Below are positions 57,840 to 64,000 of a DNA stretch of 64,000 nt, piece after piece; position 1 is the first letter of the stretch, and each line of letters begins with the position of its first letter. The stretch comes from Terracidiphilus sp. (lineage in GTDB: Bacteria; Acidobacteriota; Terriglobia; Terriglobales; Acidobacteriaceae), in contig JBEKOC010000001.1 of NCBI GenBank assembly GCA_049522175.1, positions 137,752-201,751 on the forward strand, in the 5' to 3' direction. Under the pieces are notes generated by a model. The model made no database searches. It saw nothing but the letters and a program-made list of their open reading frames with translations, and was not told the DNA's origin. A program made the translations under genes and the position numbers.

Positions 57840-58469
57840 ATGAGGGCATTTGGATTGATGAGTTGGGGATTGGCGATTGCAGGAGTTTTGCTGGCAAGCA
57901 CTGCGCTGGCGCAGGGGGCCGGCGGAGGAATGGAAATGGGATTCGGGGGACATCGTTCTCCCATGGAAAATGCCTTCGGGCCTCAGAGTGCCCAGGGACG
58001 CTTTTGGAACAATCCCCGGCTCGTGGAGAAGCTGAAGCTGTCCGATGTGCAGCGCAAGGAGTTTGACGACATTTATCTGCAGCACCGCGAGAAGCTGATC
58101 GATCTGCGGGCCAATCTGCAGAAGGCCGAACTGGCGCTGGAACCTTTGGTGCGGGAGGATCCGCCGAACGAGGCTAAAATTCTGGCACAGATTGACAAGG
58201 TGGCGCAGGCCCGGGCCGAGCTCGAAAAAGCTAATGCGGCTTTTTTGCTGGCCATCCGCAGCAAGCTGACCGCCGAGCAGTGGACCGAGTTGCAGGCTTT
58301 GCGCGCCAATCGCGCGAATAACCTGGGCGGCGCCGGGCAACGCGGCTTGGGACAGGGCAACTGGCGCCAGGGCGGTGGGTACAACCGCCAGACGGCGCCT
58401 TCGCAGCCGCCTCCACCCGCATCCTCTGGACCGGGTGCGCCTCCGGTTCCTCCATCAGAATTTGAATAG
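57840..58469 (+). CDS. Spy/CpxP-like periplasmic protein
   Basis: Signal peptide; LKLSDVQRKE...; KLTAEQW (LTXXQ-type motifs). Confidence 0.8.
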   Translation: MRAFGLMSWGLAIAGVLLASTALAQGAGGGMEMGFGGHRSPMENAFGPQSAQGRFWNNPRLVEKLKLSDVQRKEFDDIYLQHREKLIDLRANLQKAELALEPLVREDPPNEAKILAQIDKVAQARAELEKANAAFLLAIRSKLTAEQWTELQALRANRANNLGGAGQRGLGQGNWRQGGGYNRQTAPSQPPPPASSGPGAPPVPPSEFE

Positions 58470-58533
58470 TCAAAGGAGCTTTTGCAGCACAAGCTTCAGG
58501 CAGAGAGCAAATACGGTTGCAGTTAATACCGGT

Positions 58534-58568
58534 GGCGGCAGGAGATGAACCTCTTGCCGCCGTTTTTT
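58534..58568 (+). terminator. Intrinsic terminator of the ECF operon
   Basis: GGCGGCAGGAG...CTCTTGCCGCC followed by TTTTTT. Confidence 0.88.
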
Positions 58569-58780
58569 ATGTGCGATTGGCTTGCCGGCGTGGGGAAACG
58601 CAGTATCTGAAGAGGCTAGCCGGGACTGAGGAACGCCCGGCTCCTGCTGCGAATTGGGACAGACAGGTGGAGCGCAACGCTACAGCGATTGAATAGCTTT
58701 GGGACAGGTTTTGAACGGAAGCTATACACTCTGAATCGGCCTGCAACAGAGAGGTCAAAAACGATTCTTAAATTTATGAC

Positions 58781-58807
58781 TAAAGTTATTTCCAACCGGA
58801 CCGATGA
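58781..58807 (+). promoter_or_regulatory. sigma28 promoter of flagellin
   Basis: TAAA-N15-ACCGATGA; shares TAAAGT...CCGATGAAT with the flgM promoter. Confidence 0.85.
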
Positions 58808-58917
58808 ATGGGGCAGATGCAAGAACGCCCATCCGGGAAAAACGGAGGGCCTGGCGGAACGAAAAATGCGCTGCCGGGCATGGTGCGAATCAGGGCATCC
58901 AAAAGGAGCTACCTTCC

Positions 58918-60582
58918 ATGGCCCTCGGTGTTTTGAATAATCTTTCAGCAATCTACGCGGAAAACAACCTGAACAACACCAATAGCAGCTTGCAGACGGT
59001 GCTGCAGCAGTTGTCGTCAGGTTCGAGGATCAACTCCGGCGCGGACGACGCGGCGGGTCTCTCGCTGGTGAATGGCCTGGGCGCCAACTCTGCGGCTTTG
59101 ACCCAGTCGGAGACCAATGCCACGGAGGGTGTGGGGCTGCTGCAGGTTGCCGATGGCGCCCTTTCGCAAGTGACCAGTCTGCTGGACCGTGCCATTACGC
59201 TGGCTACGGAAGCCTCCAACGGCACCCTCAACTCCACCCAGGAGAGCGCCGCCAACCAGGAATACCAGTCGATCCTGGCCGAGGTCAACAACATCGGATC
59301 GACGACCACCTACAACCAGGAGCAGGTATTCAACGGCACCGAGGTGGCCATCTACACCGGCGATTCCTCGACGGCGGGTTCGTCAGTAGACGATTTGAAC
59401 ATCCGTGCGCTTTCAGAGTCCAGCGTGGGTGACACCAACGGTGCGATGAGTTACAGCAGCGGCGAAGGCAATGTGTTCATCGATCTGTCAAACGGCGGCA
59501 CCAATGCGACAGCGGGCGATGCCTTGCACAACCCCACCTCCACGTTGACCGTTAAATACATGGCGACGGGGCCGAACGGGGCTGTTTCTCAGCAAACTGC
59601 AACCATTTCCGCTGGCGGCGCCACCGGCTTCGCCGACACGGCCCAGGGAATGATCAACGCCATCAACGCTGCGAACCTAGGCATTACCGCAAGCTTCACC
59701 ACGGCGTCGCAGGCAGGAATCCAGGCTGTCACCGCGGGCCACGCCGCAGACACCGGCATTCTGATCACCGGGCCGGGTGCGGGCGTAGGGAGCGGTACCA
59801 CTCCTGGCGCGGTTGGTGTCCTGGCATTAAATGCTGGCGAGGTAACGCAGGGTGATACTCTCAACGGCACCCTCACCATCACGGACAGTTCCGGCCACAC
59901 CCACACACAAGTACTCGGCGGAGCCGGCTGGGACACCCTGGCAGACATAGCCGGTACGATCAACGGCGAGGGCTGGGGAATCACGGCTGCCTACAGTGCC
60001 GCGGGGACCGGGAGCGATACGTTTACGTCGGCAAGCTCCAAGGCGAGCATAACCGCCGACAGTCTTACCGACGTCACCGCCACCGCCACCGACACACCAA
60101 CCTACACTGCGGCAGCCGCTTTCTACGCCGTCGGGGTCTCAACGCCGGTCATCGGAGCTAATGGAATTGCGGATCTCGCAACCGCGCAAGCGGCTTCCTC
60201 GACCTTCACAACGGATCCCACCGGCACGGGCGGGATCGCGACGATGGGCTACTCTGACAGTTCCGGCGAGTCACTCAACAGCACCGACCTGTTGAACCAA
60301 TCCGATGCCCAGGCCGCGCTGAACGATCTTAACGTGGCGATCACCGACGTGGCCGCAATGGACGGGTACATCGGCGCACAGATAAATACGCTCAACTCCA
60401 TTAGCCAGGTGATGAGCACCCAGCAGGAGAACGTGATCTCTGCGCAGAACGCGGTCCAGGCCACCGATTATGCCTCGGCGACATCGAATATGTCCAAGTA
60501 CGAGATTCTCAGCCAAACCGGCATCGCCGCCCTGGCCCAGGCCAACAGCGTCGAGCAGGAAGTAACCAAGCTCTTGCAGTAA
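58918..60582 (+). CDS. fliC: Flagellin (554 aa)
   Basis: QQLSSGSRINSGADDAAGL; QVADGAL; C-terminal DYASATSNMSKYEILSQTGIAALAQAN...LLQ; AAGGAG RBS. Confidence 0.96.
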   Translation: MALGVLNNLSAIYAENNLNNTNSSLQTVLQQLSSGSRINSGADDAAGLSLVNGLGANSAALTQSETNATEGVGLLQVADGALSQVTSLLDRAITLATEASNGTLNSTQESAANQEYQSILAEVNNIGSTTTYNQEQVFNGTEVAIYTGDSSTAGSSVDDLNIRALSESSVGDTNGAMSYSSGEGNVFIDLSNGGTNATAGDALHNPTSTLTVKYMATGPNGAVSQQTATISAGGATGFADTAQGMINAINAANLGITASFTTASQAGIQAVTAGHAADTGILITGPGAGVGSGTTPGAVGVLALNAGEVTQGDTLNGTLTITDSSGHTHTQVLGGAGWDTLADIAGTINGEGWGITAAYSAAGTGSDTFTSASSKASITADSLTDVTATATDTPTYTAAAAFYAVGVSTPVIGANGIADLATAQAASSTFTTDPTGTGGIATMGYSDSSGESLNSTDLLNQSDAQAALNDLNVAITDVAAMDGYIGAQINTLNSISQVMSTQQENVISAQNAVQATDYASATSNMSKYEILSQTGIAALAQANSVEQEVTKLLQ

Positions 60583-60641
60583 CAGCGAGTTTTGCACGAA
60601 TCGTACGGCTGCAGTAACTTCAAGACAACCCAGGGACGGGC

Positions 60642-60677
60642 GGCGGCAGGGGTATCACCCCTGCCGCCCATTTTGTT
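60642..60677 (+). terminator. Intrinsic terminator of fliC
   Basis: GGCGGCAGGGG-TATCA-CCCCTGCCGCC then CATTTTGTT. Confidence 0.85.
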
Positions 60678-60782
60678 AGACAGAAAATACCGCGCAAGAC
60701 ACCTCCTGCCCCACGGCCACTGGAATGCGCTATCCTGTCGAGGAGAGCGGCGCCTCACTTAACCCGAAGGCATGCAAACCCC

Positions 60783-61565
60783 ATGGCGATAGATGCAATC
60801 GAAAAAACCGCCAAGAACCTGGTCCTGACCGTGCAGGACTACTTCCTGTTTGCCGTGCGCGCTTTCACAAACCTCTATCGTCCCCCTATTTACTGGCCTG
60901 AATTCCTCATCCAGGCCGACATCATCGGATTCGGCTCCCTGTCCATCGTGATTCTCACCGGGCTCTCCACGGGAGGAGTGCTGGCGCTGCAATCCTCGGC
61001 TACGCTGGCCGCCTTCGGCGTTACAGCCGTCACCGGACAGTTTGTCTCGCTCACCATGATCCGCGAGCTGGGCCCGATACTCACCGGCGTCATGGTCAGC
61101 GGCCGCAACGCCAGCTCCATGGCCAGCGAACTCGGCTCCATGGTGGTTACCGAGCAGATCGACGCCATGCGCGCCCTGGGCGTCGACCCCATGCGCAAGC
61201 TGGTCACCCCGCGCATCGCTGCCACCATCTGCATGCTCTTCTTCCTCACCATCGTTTCCGACGCCTGCGGCATCGCCGGCGGAGGCCTAGTCACCGTCTT
61301 CATGAACCACCAGAACGGCACCCAGTACCTGGACAAGGCCTGGGAGCATCTCGGCTATCCCGACATTGTCCAGGGACTAGTCAAGCCGCTCTTTTTCGGC
61401 TACATCCTCAGCTCCATCGGCTGCTTTTACGGCATGAGAACCACCGGCGGCACTCAGGGCGTGGGCCGTTCCACCATTCAGGCCGTCGTCTGGTCTTCCG
61501 TGTTTATCATCTTCGTCGACTTCCTCCTCACCCAGGTGCTGCTCACCCTCATTCCACCTATATGA
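60783..61565 (+). CDS. mlaE: MlaE-family ABC permease
   Basis: RELGPILTGVMVSGR...ELGSMVVTEQIDAMRALG; GVGRSTIQAVV. Confidence 0.93.
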   Translation: MAIDAIEKTAKNLVLTVQDYFLFAVRAFTNLYRPPIYWPEFLIQADIIGFGSLSIVILTGLSTGGVLALQSSATLAAFGVTAVTGQFVSLTMIRELGPILTGVMVSGRNASSMASELGSMVVTEQIDAMRALGVDPMRKLVTPRIAATICMLFFLTIVSDACGIAGGGLVTVFMNHQNGTQYLDKAWEHLGYPDIVQGLVKPLFFGYILSSIGCFYGMRTTGGTQGVGRSTIQAVVWSSVFIIFVDFLLTQVLLTLIPPI

Positions 61566-62416
61566 GCAACTCTTCCCCTTACGAACAGCCCGGCCCTGAT
61601 CATTTCGGCCGGCAAGCAGCTGCCGATGCCGGCCCGGTCGTGGTCTTTCGCAACGTCTCCATCGGCTTTGACGGCCCACCCGTGCTGGACAACGTCAGCT
61701 TCTCCGTTGCGCCCGGTGAGACCCGCATCCTGCTCGGCCCGGCCGGCGTAGGCAAGAGTGTCCTGCTCAAGCTCGCCAACGGCCTGCTGCGCCCCGATGA
61801 GGGCAGCATCCTGCTTTTCGGTGAAGAGATCTCTCACATGCCCGAGGAGCAGCTATTTCCCCTGCGCATCCGCACCGGCATGGTTTTCCAGGAGGGCGCG
61901 CTCTTTGACTCACTCTCCGTCCGCAACAACGTTGCCTACCAACTGATTCAGGAGCAGGTTCCTGACGGCGAAATCGACCTCCGCGTCCGCGATGCCTTGC
62001 GCTTTGTAGAGTTGGAGGAGACCTTCGACCTCTATCCGCCCAGCCTCTCGGGCGGAATGCGCCGCCGCGTAGCCATCGCCCGCGCATTCATCCACCAGCC
62101 GGAGCTGTTGCTCTATGATTCGCCCACCGGCGGCCTCGACCCTCTCACCTCAACCACCATCATCGAACTGATCGTCAAGGAGCGCGACGTCTGCCACACC
62201 CCTTCGATCATGGTCACCCACCGCATCCAGGACGCCTTCCTGCTGTGCAACAACCGCTTCGACCCCCAACAGGGATGTATGGTTCCCTTCCTCCAAGGCG
62301 AAACCGACCCCAGCACCACCTTCCTTATGCTCGCTGATGGCCGCATCATCTTTGATGGCTCCCTCCACGAGCTGGTCAGAAGCCAAAACCCCTTCGTACG
62401 TGAGTTCCTGGAGTAA
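61562..62416 (+). CDS. mlaF: MlaF-family ABC ATPase
   Basis: GPAGVGKS; VFQEGALFDS; LSGGMRRRVAIARA; YDSPTGGLDP. Confidence 0.92.
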   Translation: MSNSSPYEQPGPDHFGRQAAADAGPVVVFRNVSIGFDGPPVLDNVSFSVAPGETRILLGPAGVGKSVLLKLANGLLRPDEGSILLFGEEISHMPEEQLFPLRIRTGMVFQEGALFDSLSVRNNVAYQLIQEQVPDGEIDLRVRDALRFVELEETFDLYPPSLSGGMRRRVAIARAFIHQPELLLYDSPTGGLDPLTSTTIIELIVKERDVCHTPSIMVTHRIQDAFLLCNNRFDPQQGCMVPFLQGETDPSTTFLMLADGRIIFDGSLHELVRSQNPFVREFLE

Positions 62417-62448
62417 AACGTTGGATCACCCATCCAGTACCGCGCGGT

Positions 62449-62742
62449 TCATTTTGCTGCGGCCTTGGCGGCATTCAGCTTTTCGCGCCGGGAAGCATTG
62501 ACCTTCGCGTCGATCTCCTCCATCGTCAGCTTCTCCAGGTCGCGTTTTTTCGCGCCGGCCCAAGCCTCTCGCAGCCATTCCGGCGCGGACGGTACGCTGG
62601 CCAGATAATCCTGAACGCTGAGAATCACAACCACCGGCTCCCCGCGACGATCCACGATAAACCGCTCATTGTATTCGACCGCCCGGTCAATCACTTGTCC
62701 AAGCTGTGTGCGCGCCATGTGCGCGTCGATTCTGCGGTTCAT
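62449..62742 (-). CDS. Phd/YefM-type antitoxin (no adjacent toxin)
   Basis: GGAGG RBS; ARTQLGQVIDRA...FIVDRRGEPVVVILS is a Phd DNA-binding domain pattern. Confidence 0.8.
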   Translation of the reverse strand: MNRRIDAHMARTQLGQVIDRAVEYNERFIVDRRGEPVVVILSVQDYLASVPSAPEWLREAWAGAKKRDLEKLTMEEIDAKVNASRREKLNAAKAAAK

Positions 62743-62762
62743 CGGCTCCTCCACTCATGCAT

Positions 62763-62780
62763 CAATCAATGCATTGATTG
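62763..62780. promoter_or_regulatory. Perfect 18-bp palindrome, candidate antitoxin operator
   Basis: CAATCAATGCATTGATTG, 21 nt upstream of the antitoxin ATG. Confidence 0.7.
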
Positions 62781-62917
62781 TACATCCACTTTACCTCCTT
62801 CCCTCCAGCGAACTTCAATCCCCCCGTCGCCAGCCAGCCACTGCTCACTGTTCCCTCATCCTCCCATCTGCTAAAATCGTCTGTTTTGAGTAATTTCCAC
62901 AGAATGGCAGGTTCATC

Positions 62918-64000
62918 ATGGGCTTCAAATTTCAGGGCTTCGATCTTATCAACCTCGACTCCAGCTTCAGCGAGGACGAACTGCTGGTCCGCAAAACCGC
63001 GCGCGACTTTGTCGAGGACAACCTCATTCCCATCATCGAGGAATGCTTCCGCACCGAGCGTTTTCCGCGCGAGCTGGTCCCACTCATGGGCGAGATGGGC
63101 TTTTACGGCGCCAACCTCGAGGGCTACGGCTGCGCCGGCATGTCCAACGTCGAGTACGGCCTGGTCATGCAGGAGCTGGAGCGCGGCGACTCCGGAGTGC
63201 GCAGCTTTGTCAGCGTGCAATCCGGCCTGGTCATGTATCCCATCTACGAATTCGGCTCCGACGAGCAGAAAAATACCTGGCTGCCAAAGCTCGCCACCGG
63301 CGAAAAGCTGGGCTGCTTCGGCCTCACCGAACCCGGCGCCGGCTCCAATCCCGGGGCCATGACCACTACCGCCCGCAAGGTCGGCAACGAGTATATCCTC
63401 AACGGCGAAAAGCTCTGGATCACCTCAGGAACCATCTCCGACGTGGCCGTTGTCTTCGCAAAAAATGAGGACGAGGGCGGCAAAATCCGCGGCTTCCTGG
63501 TGGAAACCAACCGCCCCGGCTTCTCCTCCTACGATGTCCACGGCAAGTGGAGCCTGCGCGCCTCCCACACCAGCGGCCTCTCGCTCCAAGACGTGCATGT
63601 GCCTCTCACCGCCCTGATGCCCGGCGCGGCCGGCATCAAGAGCGCCTTTATGTGCCTCAACCAGGCGCGCTACGGCATCAGTTGGGGAGCCATCGGCGCG
63701 GCCATGTCCTGCTTCGACACCGCCCTGCAGTACGCCAAATTCCGCAAGCAGTTCCGCAACCAGCCCATCGCCAGCCATCAGATTGTCCAGCAAAAGCTGG
63801 TCTGGATGGCCAATGAAATCTGCAAAGCGCAGATGCTCTCCCTCCAGGTTGGCCGCCTCAAGGACGCGGGCAAGGTGGAGCACTATCACATCTCTCTCGC
63901 CAAGCGGAACAATGTCTGGATGGCCCTGGAATGTGCCCGCATCGCCCGTGACATCCTGGGCGCAAACGGCATCACCGACGACTACCCCATCATGCGCCAC
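62918..64000 (+). CDS. Acyl-CoA dehydrogenase (glutaryl-CoA dehydrogenase-like); runs off window
   Basis: Manual translation: MGFKFQGFDL...ELERGDSGVRSFVSVQSGLVM...GCFGLTEPGAGS...NGEKLWIT...ARDILGANGI. Confidence 0.92.
   Translation, partial: MGFKFQGFDLINLDSSFSEDELLVRKTARDFVEDNLIPIIEECFRTERFPRELVPLMGEMGFYGANLEGYGCAGMSNVEYGLVMQELERGDSGVRSFVSVQSGLVMYPIYEFGSDEQKNTWLPKLATGEKLGCFGLTEPGAGSNPGAMTTTARKVGNEYILNGEKLWITSGTISDVAVVFAKNEDEGGKIRGFLVETNRPGFSSYDVHGKWSLRASHTSGLSLQDVHVPLTALMPGAAGIKSAFMCLNQARYGISWGAIGAAMSCFDTALQYAKFRKQFRNQPIASHQIVQQKLVWMANEICKAQMLSLQVGRLKDAGKVEHYHISLAKRNNVWMALECARIARDILGANGITDDYPIMRH

Noticed and set aside
60783-62416. mlaEF without mlaD as a novel system
   Set aside because: Split mla/mce loci are common, so mlaD is probably elsewhere
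62735-62746. GCCGATGAA at the antitoxin start resembling the sigma28 -10 variant
   Set aside because: It overlaps the RBS and ATG and has no -35 box

Overview
High-GC bacterial chromosomal window. Gene content and style (VWA proteins, wHTH-TPR regulator, YXWGXW protein, flagellin type) resemble Acidobacteriota (Terriglobia); this is an inference. Bases 1-2.4 kb carry pnp (5' part), rpsO and a VWA protein. Bases 2.8-21.5 kb are a minus-strand flagellar cluster (fliN-like, fliOPQR, flhBA, fliA, fliMN, an unusual stand-alone MshEN-type gene, cheY, cheX, flgFGAHIJM, flgN-like, flgKL). Bases 21.6-50.8 kb are mostly housekeeping: pdxS/tRNA-Val/pdxT, hom, cobB, mrp, GT2, qor, ltaE, uvrA, uvrC, a sugar porter, regulators and nfnAB. 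These are followed by a direct-repeat-flanked AT-rich orphan gene, an NtrC-type two-component pair, an ECF sigma operon, flagellin, mlaEF, an orphan Phd-type antitoxin and an acyl-CoA dehydrogenase. No integrase, transposase, CRISPR array or rRNA is visible. The most unusual signals are: (1) 7-bp tandem arrays (mainly YAGGGAH) placed immediately after stop codons on the sense strand of about ten genes, sometimes paired with an inverted array and sometimes able to form G-quadruplexes; (2) an ATPase-less MshEN/Cys4 protein translationally coupled inside the flagellar switch operon; (3) extreme Lys/Arg depletion of the exported flagellar proteins; and (4) readable sigma28 and ECF promoter sets.
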